The notes: generated by a model from the letters alone, not told the origin. A stretch of 64,000 nt of DNA from Chloroflexota bacterium (GCA_016866215.1 VGNE01000006.1:36631-100630); one strand, 5' to 3'; counted from the stretch's first letter, positions 37,930 to 47,730 are shown. A program made the numbers and translations.

Positions 37930-38932
37930 AACCTTGTGGGTTGGTGGTGAAGGCGGCATGGAAGAGGAACTCGTGAATCGCGCGGGCATCTCTTATCGTT
38001 CCATACCTGCTGCGGGTGTGCATGGCGTCGGCTTGCGCGCCTTGCCGCGCAATATTGCAAAACTCTCTCGCGGCGTGAAGGCTTCACGTCGCCTTTTGCG
38101 CGAGTTTAAACCCGATATCCTTTTCTTCACCGGTGGATTCGTTGCCGTGCCCATGGCTGTTGCCGGTCGAAACATTCCAACCGTATTATATGTGCCTGAT
38201 ATTGAGCCGGGCCTTGCGCTCAAATTTCTTTCTCGTTTTGCGGATGTCGTCAGTGTGACTGCATCTGAGTCAAAAAAATATTTCCCTCAGAAGTGGAAGC
38301 TTGTCCTCACAGGTTACCCGCTTCGCGCTGACCTCTCAAACTGGTCGCGCGAAAAAGCGACTCAGCGCTTTGGGTTTGATCCTAATAAACCCATACTACT
38401 TGTCACTGGCGGAAGCCAGGGCGCGCGTTCGATCAACATGGCGGTCTTGAAGCATCTCAACGAGTTATTGGATGTGTCACAAATCATTCACATCACAGGA
38501 TCTTTGGATTGGCCTGTCATTGAGAAAGCCGCGCAGGAATTGCCCAGGCATTTAAGATCTCATTATCATGCCATGCCATATTCGCATGAGATGGGCGCAG
38601 CGCTTGCCGCCGCAGATTTAGTGCTCGCGCGCGCGGGCGCATCCTCATTGGGAGAATATCCCTTCTTTGGTTTGCCCGCAGTACTCGTGCCGTATCCGTA
38701 TGCTTGGCGATACCAAAAGGTGAACGCCGATTTTCTCGCCGAACGCTATGCGGCTGTCATTTTGCAGGATGAATCATTGAAAGATAAACTCCTGCCCATA
38801 ATAAAAGACTTGTTGCTTAATAATAAAAAACTTGAAGCCATGCGTGCCGCAATGAAAAAGCTATCACATCCCAATGCGGCAAGCGTAATCGCCAGCCAGT
38901 TGGTTGAATTGGCAGGAGAGCAACCCTCATGA
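37835..38932 (+). CDS. murG: Undecaprenyldiphospho-muramoylpentapeptide beta-N-acetylglucosaminyltransferase
   Basis: VRLLICAGGTGGGVYPALAV..., LLVTGGSQGARSIN. GTG 37835 lies 7 nt after GGAGG; ATG 37814 is an alternative. Either start overlaps the ftsW 3' end by ~95-115 nt. Confidence 0.9.
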   Translation: MRLLICAGGTGGGVYPALAVHNALTSQHPNVETLWVGGEGGMEEELVNRAGISYRSIPAAGVHGVGLRALPRNIAKLSRGVKASRRLLREFKPDILFFTGGFVAVPMAVAGRNIPTVLYVPDIEPGLALKFLSRFADVVSVTASESKKYFPQKWKLVLTGYPLRADLSNWSREKATQRFGFDPNKPILLVTGGSQGARSINMAVLKHLNELLDVSQIIHITGSLDWPVIEKAAQELPRHLRSHYHAMPYSHEMGAALAAADLVLARAGASSLGEYPFFGLPAVLVPYPYAWRYQKVNADFLAERYAAVILQDESLKDKLLPIIKDLLLNNKKLEAMRAAMKKLSHPNAASVIASQLVELAGEQPS

Positions 38933-39486
38933 TGAGTATCATTTATATCTTTTGGATGTATGTCATTCTCTTTGCAGTGATCGGCGCGATGCGTGGATGG
39001 GCAAAGGAATTGCTGGTCGCATTCAGTGTCATCACCGCGCTGGCAGTTAATTTACTTTTGGAGAAATACGTTCCCCTTGTGAAGAACCTCGCTGTCCCTG
39101 CCGATCTTGCCCAACCGGGCGTAGACGCCCTCAGGTCCCTGTTTTGGATACGCACCATCATCCTGATCGCGCTGGTTTACTTTGGGTACCAAACAGTAGT
39201 CATCGCGCGATTTGCATCCAAAGCCGTGCGCGAGCGTTTACAGGATTCGCTCTTCGGCGCAGTGCTGGGTGGCTTGAATGGCTATTTGGTCGCTGGCACC
39301 ATCCTGTTCTATAACCACATGGCAAATTATCCGTATCCGAAAATCATCAGCCCCGCCACCGATCAAGCTTTCATCCAGGCTGTCGAGACGATGATGAAAT
39401 ACATGCCTCCGCGCTTTTTAGGCGAGCCTGGCATATATTTTGCTGTCATTATCATCCTGATCTTTATTATTGTGGTGTATATCTAA
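38929..39486 (+). CDS. CvpA-like small polytopic membrane protein inserted in the dcw cluster
   Basis: 185 aa, 4-5 TMs. The N-terminus LFAVIGAMRGWAKELLVAFSVITAL resembles the CvpA family pattern. ATGA overlap with the murG stop. Confidence 0.45.
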   Translation: MMSIIYIFWMYVILFAVIGAMRGWAKELLVAFSVITALAVNLLLEKYVPLVKNLAVPADLAQPGVDALRSLFWIRTIILIALVYFGYQTVVIARFASKAVRERLQDSLFGAVLGGLNGYLVAGTILFYNHMANYPYPKIISPATDQAFIQAVETMMKYMPPRFLGEPGIYFAVIIILIFIIVVYI

Positions 39487-39490
39487 CCTT

Positions 39491-39587
39491 GCGTCATTGT
39501 GAGGAGGGTGTTCTCCCCGACGAAGCAATCCTCAACTTTACAGGAGATTGCTTCGAGCAAAGAGCAAGAGCGCCCTCGCAATGACAT
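39491..39587. repeat. Nested palindromic (REP/MITE-like) element
   Basis: The outer arms are GCGTCATTGTGAGG (39491-) and CCCTCGCAATGAC (-39585). The inner hairpin is CGAAGCAATC (39521-30) with GATTGCTTCG (39546-55). A half-copy CTCCTCGCAATGACG lies at ~61762-61776. Confidence 0.7.
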
Positions 39588-39709
39588 TAGGAACTTAGAA
39601 GTTAAATGCTTGTACAAAAAACAAGAATTTTTGCACCGCGAAGTCGCGAAGGTTGCCAAGAAAACCTATTAAAAATCTTCGCGTTCTTCGCACCTTCGCG
39701 GTAAAACTC

Positions 39710-39730
39710 TTTCGGCTTGTCCGAGTTAGG
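39710..39730 (+). repeat. 21-nt motif TTTCGGCTTGTCCGAGTTAGG just upstream of murC (identical copy at 7103-7123 upstream of atpC)
   Basis: The two 21-mers are identical by direct comparison. Both end 10-24 nt before a start codon and follow CTTCG(T/C)G-rich repeats. Confidence 0.8.
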
Positions 39731-39739
39731 AATTAACTT

Positions 39740-41125
39740 ATGACACGCGTTCATTTCATCGGCATTGGCGGTTCAGGGCTTTCTGCCATCGCGCGTCTAC
39801 TCAAAGAGAAAGGCTATGAAGTGACAGGCTCCGACCGTGTGCTTTCACAATTTGCGATTGACCTGCAAAAAGATGGAGTGTCTATTTATATGGGGCATCA
39901 TCCGCGTAATGTGGCGGGTGCAGATATGGTGATCCGCTCCTCTGCAATTGCGGAAGATAACCCCGAAGTGGAAGCCGCAAAGCGGGCGGGAATCCCCGTT
40001 TACAAACGCGCGGATTTCCTCGGTCAATTGATGCCTGAGAAAACCGGCATTGCAGTTGCGGGCACACATGGCAAAACCACCACAACCGCCATGATCGCAT
40101 GGACGTTGTACGCAATGAACCGTGATCCGTCTTTTATTGTGGGCAGCACGCTGAACAATCTAAAGGTCAACGCGCATGCGGGCAAGGGCAGACTCTTCGT
40201 CATTGAAGCAGATGAATATGACCGTATGTTTTTAGGTCTCAAGCCGCACATTGAAGTGGTGACCAATCTGGAACACGACCATCCTGATTGTTTCCCTACT
40301 TATGAAGATATGTACTCCGCCTTCCAGAGTTTTGTAGACCTGCTTCCGGCGGATGGCACGTTGATCGGTTGCGCCGAAGATGAAGGCGCTATGAGATTGC
40401 TTTCTTATGCGCGTCGGAAAGGATTGAGTGTCATCTCCTACAGTCTGCAAGGCGAGATGACCATCAACAGCCCGCAGTGGCTGCAGGCGCGCACGTCCAA
40501 GCCCAACCAGCACGGCGGATTTGATTTTTCCGTTACGACGAACATGGGCGCGGAAGCGGCTTCGATTGTGAAAGTTTCCTTGCAGGTGCCAGGTGAGCAC
40601 AATGTCCGAAACGCGCTCGCAACACTATCTGTTATTGCGGCGTTGGGTCTTCCGCTGCAAGAAGCGGCGGATGCGTTGGGTGAATTCACTGGCACAGGCC
40701 GCCGTTTTGAAGTGCGCGGTGAGTATAAAGGCGTGATCGTGGTCGATGATTATGCCCATCATCCCACCGAGATCCGTGCGGCACTTGCAGGTGCGAAGGC
40801 GCATTATCCCAACCATCGTATTTGGGCGGTGTGGCAGCCTCACACGTATTCGCGCACGCAATCCTTGTTCTTTGAATTTTCGCGTGCATTTGGCGATGCA
40901 GATGAAGTGCTTGTCACTGAAATTTATGCCTCCCGCGAAGCCAAACAGGAATTTTCTTCGGCTGAAGTGGTAAGTGCCATGCCTCATCCTTCAGTGCGAT
41001 ATACCGGGTCGCTTGAGGATACGACGGATTATTTATTGAAGAATCTTCGTTCAGGCGATATTGTCATTGTCCTTTCGGCCGGTGATGCAGACCAGATCAG
41101 CACAGACCTTTTGAAGAAACTATGA
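39740..41125 (+). CDS. murC: UDP-N-acetylmuramate--L-alanine ligase
   Basis: VHFIGIGGSGLSAIA, GTHGKTTTTAM, DDYAHHPTEI. Confidence 0.9.
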   Translation: MTRVHFIGIGGSGLSAIARLLKEKGYEVTGSDRVLSQFAIDLQKDGVSIYMGHHPRNVAGADMVIRSSAIAEDNPEVEAAKRAGIPVYKRADFLGQLMPEKTGIAVAGTHGKTTTTAMIAWTLYAMNRDPSFIVGSTLNNLKVNAHAGKGRLFVIEADEYDRMFLGLKPHIEVVTNLEHDHPDCFPTYEDMYSAFQSFVDLLPADGTLIGCAEDEGAMRLLSYARRKGLSVISYSLQGEMTINSPQWLQARTSKPNQHGGFDFSVTTNMGAEAASIVKVSLQVPGEHNVRNALATLSVIAALGLPLQEAADALGEFTGTGRRFEVRGEYKGVIVVDDYAHHPTEIRAALAGAKAHYPNHRIWAVWQPHTYSRTQSLFFEFSRAFGDADEVLVTEIYASREAKQEFSSAEVVSAMPHPSVRYTGSLEDTTDYLLKNLRSGDIVIVLSAGDADQISTDLLKKL

Positions 41126-41182
41126 ATTGGAATCAGTCAAACCCTTGGAGCGCGGTCAAAAGACTTCAGCCCCATAAATAAT

Positions 41183-42100
41183 ATGACGATGCTCACGATC
41201 CCCGTTGATATATTGCGCCAACAGTTTGGCGATGCAGTGCAGGAGAATGTTTCTCTTGCGCCTTACACTTCTGCGCGCATTGGCGGGTTTGCGGATGTTT
41301 TGGCTATGGTCAAATCTACCAATGAATTAATGGATGTTATGAAGGTGGTCTGGGAACACGAGATACCTTATTATATATTGGGCGGCGGCTCGAATGTGCT
41401 GGTCAGTGATAAAGGTGTGCGTGGAGTTGTGGTTTTGAATAAGGCCAAGGAAGTACGTTTCGAAAGCGGCGACCCGCCTGCAGTCTGGAGCGAAGCGGGC
41501 GTCGTCCTGAGCAATCTTGCGAATCGTTGCGCGTCCAAAGGATTGACAGGTTTGGAATGGGCGGCCACAGTCCCCGGTACGATCGGCGGCGCAGTCTATG
41601 GAAATGCGGGCGCATTCGGCGGCGATATGTCCGGGAATCTTCTCTGGGCCGAGATGTTGACTAAAAATGGGCGCGAGAGATTTTCTGTTGGGCAAATGGG
41701 ATATGGTTATCGCACCAGTATTTTGAAGCGCGGCGAAATTAATGCCGTCGTCCTTTCGGCTCTTTTGAGATTAAACAATTCAACAAAGGAAGAAGTGTCT
41801 GCTAAAATCGAGCAATTCAGCGAACGCCGAAAGACCACACAACCGCCCGGTGCGAGCATGGGTTCCATGTTTAAAAACCCTGAAGGCGATCATGCAGGTC
41901 GTTTGATCGAAGCCGCAGGCTTGAAAGGCACGCGCATTGGCAACGCTGAGATCAGCAAGGTGCATGGAAACTTTATTATCAATCATGGCGAGACGCGCGC
42001 TATGGATGTTCGCGAGTTGATTGATTTAACCCGCAGGATCGTGAAACAAAAACTTGGTGTTGAACTTGAGTTGGAAGTTGAATTCGTTGGAGAATGGTAG
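41183..42100 (+). CDS. murB: UDP-N-acetylenolpyruvoylglucosamine reductase
   Basis: FAD-binding PCMH domain (YTSARIGG, ILGGGSNVLV) and a C-terminal GSMFKNP motif. Confidence 0.9.
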   Translation: MTMLTIPVDILRQQFGDAVQENVSLAPYTSARIGGFADVLAMVKSTNELMDVMKVVWEHEIPYYILGGGSNVLVSDKGVRGVVVLNKAKEVRFESGDPPAVWSEAGVVLSNLANRCASKGLTGLEWAATVPGTIGGAVYGNAGAFGGDMSGNLLWAEMLTKNGRERFSVGQMGYGYRTSILKRGEINAVVLSALLRLNNSTKEEVSAKIEQFSERRKTTQPPGASMGSMFKNPEGDHAGRLIEAAGLKGTRIGNAEISKVHGNFIINHGETRAMDVRELIDLTRRIVKQKLGVELELEVEFVGEW

Positions 42101-42101
42101 T

Positions 42102-43262
42102 TTGAACAAACTTCGTGTGGCAGTGTTATTTGGAGGTCGTTCCGGCGAACATGATGTTTCGCTGATGTCTGCGCGCTCCGTGCTTGCCGCGCTTGACCCC
42201 AAAAAATACGAAGTGACCCAGGTTGGTATAACGCTCGATGGCGAATGGCTGACCGGCCATAATACGCTTGATGCCTTTGTGAGCGGAAATATTAAGGAAT
42301 TGAATCGGGTGATTCTGCCGGGCGATCCTTCGCATTCCGCTCTTTATGAATTACAAATGCCCACCCGCCCGAAAGAACAGCAGGATAAGGTGAGTAAGGT
42401 TGCAGGGAGAGATCACGGTGAGGTGATTAAAAAACTTGCCGATATTGACGTTTTTTTTCCGGTTCTACACGGGCCGTTTGGTGAAGACGGCACCCTGCAA
42501 GGTCTGCTTGAACTGGCGGATGTGGCCTATGTGGGCGCAGGTGTGGTCGGTTCGGCCGTTGGCATGGACAAAGGCATCTTCAAGGACGTTATGCGCGCCA
42601 ACAATATTCCGATTGTTGATTCACTGCTTATTCTGCGAAGCGAAATTGAAAACGATTTGAATACTGTAATTGAAAACGTTGAAAAGCTGGGAGCGTATCC
42701 ATTCTTTGCGAAGCCTGCCAACCTGGGTTCTTCGGTTGGCATCAGCAAATGCAATTCACGTTCCGATCTTGGCGAAGGCTTGCTGGAAGCCGCACGTTAT
42801 GACCGCCGCATTATCATTGAGCGCGGTGTGGGTAAAGTGCGTGAAGTGGAAGTCAGTGTGCTGGGCAACGAAGATCCCCAGGCTTCTGTTTGCGGTGAAG
42901 TCCTGCCGAGCCGCGAATTCTATTCCTACGAATCAAAATATGTGGATGGCACGTCCGGCCTCGTTATCCCTTCACAATTGCCCGATCAAATTACGGACAA
43001 AATTCGTGAGTATGCGATCAGCGCCTACAAAGCCATAGACTGCGCAGGTATGGCGCGCGCTGATTTCTTTGTTGAAGACGATACGCTCAAGATTTACTTG
43101 AATGAACTTAATACATTGCCAGGTTTTACATCCATTAGCATGTATCCAAAACTGTGGCAGGCAAGCGGCATGACCTATTCCGAACTGGTTGACCGTCTGA
43201 TCGAACTTGCGCTGGAACGCAAGCGCCAGCGTGATCACACACAGCATCGGAGAACGGCATGA
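42102..43262 (+). CDS. ddl: D-alanine--D-alanine ligase
   Basis: LRVAVLFGGRSGEHDVSLMSA, FPVLHGPFGEDGTLQGLLE, ELNTLPGFTSISMYPKLW. TTG 42102 just after the murB stop is preferred; the ORF track starts at 42054. Confidence 0.9.
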   Translation: MNKLRVAVLFGGRSGEHDVSLMSARSVLAALDPKKYEVTQVGITLDGEWLTGHNTLDAFVSGNIKELNRVILPGDPSHSALYELQMPTRPKEQQDKVSKVAGRDHGEVIKKLADIDVFFPVLHGPFGEDGTLQGLLELADVAYVGAGVVGSAVGMDKGIFKDVMRANNIPIVDSLLILRSEIENDLNTVIENVEKLGAYPFFAKPANLGSSVGISKCNSRSDLGEGLLEAARYDRRIIIERGVGKVREVEVSVLGNEDPQASVCGEVLPSREFYSYESKYVDGTSGLVIPSQLPDQITDKIREYAISAYKAIDCAGMARADFFVEDDTLKIYLNELNTLPGFTSISMYPKLWQASGMTYSELVDRLIELALERKRQRDHTQHRRTA

Positions 43263-44263
43263 GCGACAGACGCGAACTTTCCCGCGCTGAGCTCGTCCGT
43301 CACCGTCGTGCGCAACGCACTCTGAATGAGTTTGAACAAACCGCCAGGCGCGCGCCCAAGCCGATTGTGCCGGTCACTTCACGCACACCCACGCTTGCGG
43401 TTACATCCAAATTCAGGCCGGCGGCCAAGCCCCGCCGATTTAATGTTGCGCTTGGGTTACCTGGAATACTTTTACATAGGCCAAACATTTCCATCCCGCG
43501 TTTGCATGCAAATTGGCGGATTATCTCCGGTATTATTGCGTTATTGCTTGGCGCTGCTATTTATTTGGCTCTCACGCTTCCATACTTTTTTGTCCCTGCC
43601 GCAACCGTGCTGAGTAATAATCGTTTAAGCACGGAAGAGATCAACGCGGTGCTTGGCCTTACGGGTCAATCCATTTTTATCGTCCAGCCACAAGATGCTG
43701 AAACACGCCTGTTGATGAACTATCCTGAACTGCTATCAGCGGAAGTGAAAGTTTATTTGCCGAACCATGTTTATGTTACCGTCAGCGAGCGCCAGCCTGT
43801 CATTCTTTGGCAAATAGGCGAAGGCTATACCTGGATTGATCAGGCCGGCGTGGCATTCCGTCCCAGAGGTTTTGTGGATGCACTGGTTCCGGTCATTGCT
43901 TTGGATGAACCGCCCGCAGGCGCTGGACTGGACCCCCTCGGCCCGCCGCCGTATATGCAAAAAGAATTAGTGGATGCAATTCTCGCTCTTTCTCCGCTTG
44001 TGCCTGCTGGCTCGACCATGACATTCGACTCGGCCGATGGCCTTGGCTGGGCCGATCCGCGCGGTTGGAAAGTTTCCTTTGGCACAAGTGCAATAGACAT
44101 GCCTTTGAGGATGCTCGTGTATCAATCGCTGGTTGATTCCTTGAACGCGCGCGGCAGGTTGCCTGAAATCATTAATGTCGTCCATGCCGATGCGCCTTTT
44201 TATCGCCTGGCTGATAATGCAATTGAAGATGCAACCGAAGAAATAGTGAGCAGTGGACAATAA
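43259..44263 (+). CDS. ftsQ: FtsQ/DivIB-type cell-division protein
   Basis: Basic N-tail, a single TM (IISGIIALLLGAAIYLAL), a POTRA-like segment (VKVYLPNHVYVTVSERQPVILWQ), and ATGA overlap with ddl. Confidence 0.75.
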   Translation: MSDRRELSRAELVRHRRAQRTLNEFEQTARRAPKPIVPVTSRTPTLAVTSKFRPAAKPRRFNVALGLPGILLHRPNISIPRLHANWRIISGIIALLLGAAIYLALTLPYFFVPAATVLSNNRLSTEEINAVLGLTGQSIFIVQPQDAETRLLMNYPELLSAEVKVYLPNHVYVTVSERQPVILWQIGEGYTWIDQAGVAFRPRGFVDALVPVIALDEPPAGAGLDPLGPPPYMQKELVDAILALSPLVPAGSTMTFDSADGLGWADPRGWKVSFGTSAIDMPLRMLVYQSLVDSLNARGRLPEIINVVHADAPFYRLADNAIEDATEEIVSSGQ

Positions 44264-44264
44264 G

Positions 44265-45621
44265 ATGGATGAGATCGTTGTAGGAATAGACGTAGGCACA
44301 ACCAAGGTTTGCACCCTTGTTGGGCGGGTGGAGGATGAAAAATCCATCCGCATCCTTGGCGTTGGTATTGAACCATCGGAGGGAATTCGCAAAGGCATTA
44401 TTGTAGACCTCCCGGCCGCAGCCCAAGCCATCAAACGTTCAGTTGAAAAGGCGGAACATACTTCTGGTTTGGAGATCACCACTGGGTTGGTTAGTCTTGC
44501 GGGTGCGCATGTTTCATCGGTCAACAGCCGCGGCCCAAGCCATCAAACGTTCAGTTGAAAAGGCGGAACATACTTCTGGTTTGGAGATCACCACTGGGTT
44601 GGTTAGTCTTGCGGGTGCGCATGTTTCATCGGTCAACAGCCGCGGCGCGACGGGCGTGCCGGGTGGAATTATTGACGCAATGGATATAGCGCGCGCGCTC
44701 GAACAGGCGCAGGCAGTTGCCATTCCGCATGACCGCGAGATCGTGCATGTCATTCAGCGCGGCATCACTGTGGACGGCCAGGGAGGCGTGAAGACCCCTA
44801 TTGGGATGCACGGCTTCAAACTTGAAGTGGAAACACATATCATCACCGCCGCCGCCGCAACCGTGGATAACCTGCGTCAATGTGTGGGCGCAGCCGGTGT
44901 TGATATTCAACAATTCGTTTTGAATCCGCTTGCCTCTGCTGAAGTGGTCCTGACAGCGCAGGAGCGCCAGATGGGAGTTGCGGTTTGCGATATCGGCGGC
45001 GGCACCACCGACCTGGCAATTTATGTCAACGACGATGTCTGGCACACCATGGTGTTGGCCGTTGGCGGCAACCAGGTCACACAAGACATTGCTCATGGGT
45101 TGCGTTTGCCCTTGTCTCAGGCGGAGGAAATTAAGAAGCAGCAAGGCTATGCTGTTCGGTCCGAAATAGGAAGCGATGAGTATTTTTCCATCCGTCCATT
45201 TGGCGAAGATCATGATGTCAAGATCAATCGTCAAGACCTGGCTTACATCATCGAAGCCCGTATTGAAGAAACTTTTGGTTTGATCCTGCAGGAAATTAAA
45301 CGCTCCGGTTATGATGGTTTGCTTCCCGCAGGCATGGTATTAACGGGCGGCACTTCTGCCTTGCCCGGTATCAAACGGATAGCAAGCGAAATTTTGGGAA
45401 TGCCCGTGCGTACGGCAAAACCTGAAAACCTCACGGGACTTGTTGATAAATTGAATTCGCCTGCCTATTCCACAAGTGTGGGGCTGTTACGCTGGGTCAC
45501 CACCATGCGTGAACAGGATGTTCCAGTTTCAGGTGGTAATAAAAAACGCCGCAGATCACAAGGAGAGAAAAATATGAATTTTGAGGCAGTCAAAAATTGG
45601 ATGAAAAGATTACTTCCGTAA
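44265..45621 (+). pseudogene. ftsA: ftsA, reading frame broken by a 112-bp tandem duplication
   Basis: N-terminal ORF MDEIVVGIDVGTTKVCTLVGR... stops at 44558. The rest (…ATGVPGGIIDAMDIARAL...GGGTTDLAIY...LTGGTSALPGI) is in the frame of ORF 44443..45621. Removing one repeat copy gives a single 1245-nt ORF. Confidence 0.85.
44421..44644. repeat. Perfect direct tandem duplication, 2 x 112 bp
   Basis: 44421-44532 and 44533-44644 are identical at every position (compared in 10-nt blocks). The junctions share GCCGC(A/G)GC. Confidence 0.95.
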
Positions 45622-45736
45622 TAATAATGATAGTCATTAATGAGTATTAATAATCATGAAAATTGGCTAGTTTTTACCCTTTTAATATTCTGCATCCTAG
45701 TTTAAGATATGGCATATTCCTTGCCAGGAGGAACAA

Positions 45737-46897
45737 ATGGACTCGATCAAAAGAAATCTGCAAGCCGAAGCCTTTGCCCGCATTAAAGTAATTGGCGTGG
45801 GTGGTGCCGGCCAAAATGCCGTTAACCGCATGATGGAAGAGGGCATTCAAGGCGTTGAATTTATCGCCGCCAATACGGATGCGCAAGCGCTTACGCTTTC
45901 ACGCGCGCCTGTTCGTGTGCGCCTAGGAGACAAAATCACACGCGGGCTGGGCGCGGGCGGAGACCCTGAGATCGGCCGCAAAGCCGCTGAAGAATCAGCT
46001 GACGAATTGTACAACGTGCTTAAAGGCGCGGATATGGTTTTCGTAACAGCGGGTATGGGCGGCGGCACCGGTACAGGCGCGGCTCCTGTTGTTGCGCAAG
46101 TGGCAAAGGAATGCAGCGCCCTCACCATTGGTGTGGTCACACGTCCCTTTACATTTGAAGGCGGCAAGCGCTCGCAATCTGCTGAATCGGGTGTGACAAA
46201 AATGAAGGAACACGCGCACACACTGATCTCCATCCCGAATGACCGTTTGCTTCAGCTGGCTGATAAAAAATCATCCCTGCAGGATGCTTTCCGCATGGCA
46301 GATGAAGTTCTGCATCAAGGGATTCAAGGCATCTCCGAGTTGATCACCATCCCTGGTTTGATTAACCTCGATTTTGCCGATGTGCGTACCATCATGTCTG
46401 AAGGCGGCGCGGCGCTTATGGCAGTCGGTCGCGGCTCCGGTGATGAACGCGCGAAACAAGCGGCCGAACAAGCCATCTCAAGCCAACTGCTGGATATCAC
46501 CATTGATGGCGCGCGCGGCGTGCTCTTCAATATGACCGGCGGCTCGAACATGACCCTCTTTGAGGTCAATCAGGCCGCGGCAATTATCCGCGAAACGGCT
46601 CATCCTGATGTCAACCTGATCTTCGGTGCAGTCATTGACCCGGAAATGGGTGACGAGATTCGCGTCACCGTCATCGCAACTGGGTTTGACCGCAGCGGAG
46701 TCCCGCGCCGCGCTTTGGAACGCCCCCTGCGGAACGACAGGCTCGTCTCGGCTTCCAATACGCCTTTCACCCGCCAGAATGAATCCGTCACTGTGAACGC
46801 TGATTACAAACCTGCTTCCGAATCGAAATCCGCTTCACAACCGATCATCCATAGCGACGATCTGGACGTCCCGACATTTTTGAGAAATAGGAGATAA
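45737..46897 (+). CDS. ftsZ: Cell-division GTPase FtsZ
   Basis: [17 protein letters not shown], tubulin signature [14 protein letters not shown]-terminal [10 protein letters not shown] peptide. AGGAGG RBS. Confidence 0.95.
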   Translation: MDSIKRNLQAEAFARIKVIGVGGAGQNAVNRMMEEGIQGVEFIAANTDAQALTLSRAPVRVRLGDKITRGLGAGGDPEIGRKAAEESADELYNVLKGADMVFVTAGMGGGTGTGAAPVVAQVAKECSALTIGVVTRPFTFEGGKRSQSAESGVTKMKEHAHTLISIPNDRLLQLADKKSSLQDAFRMADEVLHQGIQGISELITIPGLINLDFADVRTIMSEGGAALMAVGRGSGDERAKQAAEQAISSQLLDITIDGARGVLFNMTGGSNMTLFEVNQAAAIIRETAHPDVNLIFGAVIDPEMGDEIRVTVIATGFDRSGVPRRALERPLRNDRLVSASNTPFTRQNESVTVNADYKPASESKSASQPIIHSDDLDVPTFLRNRR

Positions 46898-46910
46898 GCT
46901 GCAGTAAAAC

Positions 46911-46957
46911 AGAAGTAACAGTCACCCGTTCAGTAAAGGTGACTGTTACTTCTTTTA
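46911..46957 (+). terminator. Rho-independent terminator after ftsZ
   Basis: AGAAGTAACAGTCACC-11-nt loop-GGTGACTGTTACTTCT followed by TTTT. Confidence 0.75.
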
Positions 46958-46978
46958 ATTCATGCTAAAATATAGCCT

Positions 46979-47407
46979 GTGAAAGCCAAACTCCCGCACC
47001 ACGAGCATTATTCTTATCAACAACACCGCAAACAACGGATGACACAAGTCATTCTACCTGTGATGCTTGGCTCGTTGTTGGTGATCGGCATGATCGTGTT
47101 GATCAGTATAGCCACATTTAAGGCTGGCGGGGACGTCGGTCATTGGGCGGCCATTTCCACGATCTGGATCGTACTCCCCATTATTATCGTAGGGCTGATA
47201 TTTCTTGCAGTCCTCATCGGTTTTATATATCTATTGTCTCGTGCTCTGGGCGTTCTGCCTCGTTATACCGGCATTGCTCAAGATTATGTTTACAAAGCGC
47301 GCGCATATCTCCTGCGCGCGGCGGATCTGGCTGTCAGACCTGTCATTGCTTTTAATGGCGGGCTTGAACATATTAAAGCATTCATTCGAAGGATTAGTGG
47401 CTCATGA
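46979..47407 (+). CDS. Hypothetical membrane protein
   Basis: 142 aa, GTG start, two strong TMs. No family recognised. Confidence 0.45.
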   Translation: MKAKLPHHEHYSYQQHRKQRMTQVILPVMLGSLLVIGMIVLISIATFKAGGDVGHWAAISTIWIVLPIIIVGLIFLAVLIGFIYLLSRALGVLPRYTGIAQDYVYKARAYLLRAADLAVRPVIAFNGGLEHIKAFIRRISGS

Positions 47408-47595
47408 ATAAAAGCAGGACAATTTTCTTTGGCGCATTGATCGGCGCGGTTACAGGACTGATTGCCGCCGTGCTTCTTAGCCGCCGCGCCGAAAGGAACG
47501 AAAGAGATTCAGCTATCACAACTGGTGAAGGGTTGAAACTTGGCGTTCTGGTTTTCGGTCTACTGAGGGCAATTGCTTCCTTGAATGATGATTAA
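47404..47595 (+). CDS. Hypothetical small membrane protein
   Basis: 63 aa with ATGA overlap to the previous ORF. N-terminal TM FFGALIGAVTGLIAAVLL. Confidence 0.45.
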   Translation: MNKSRTIFFGALIGAVTGLIAAVLLSRRAERNERDSAITTGEGLKLGVLVFGLLRAIASLNDD

Positions 47596-47618
47596 GAGAC
47601 CATTGACGATGGACAATT

Positions 47619-47646
47619 GACCGAGGATTCAACCTCGGTCTTTTTT
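47619..47646 (+). terminator. Rho-independent terminator
   Basis: GACCGAGG-attcaa-CCTCGGTC followed by T6. Confidence 0.75.
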
Positions 47647-47661
47647 ATACCAACCCTTTCT

Positions 47662-47724
47662 TCAACCTTGAACCTTCAACCTTCAACCTTCAACCTTCAA
47701 CCTTCAACTTTAAACTTTAAACTC
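47662..47724. repeat. Heptanucleotide tandem array, 9 units (TCAACCT consensus, degenerating to TAAACTT)
   Basis: Read directly: TCAACCT TGAACCT TCAACCT x4 TCAACTT TAAACTT TAAACTC, ending 6 nt before the ycaQ-like ATG. Confidence 0.9.
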
Positions 47725-47730
47725 CCAACC

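Noticed and set aside
47662-47724. The tandem repeat arrays here, and at 35692-35719, considered as possible CRISPR arrays.
   Set aside because: The units are 7 nt with no spacers. No cas genes or leader are present.
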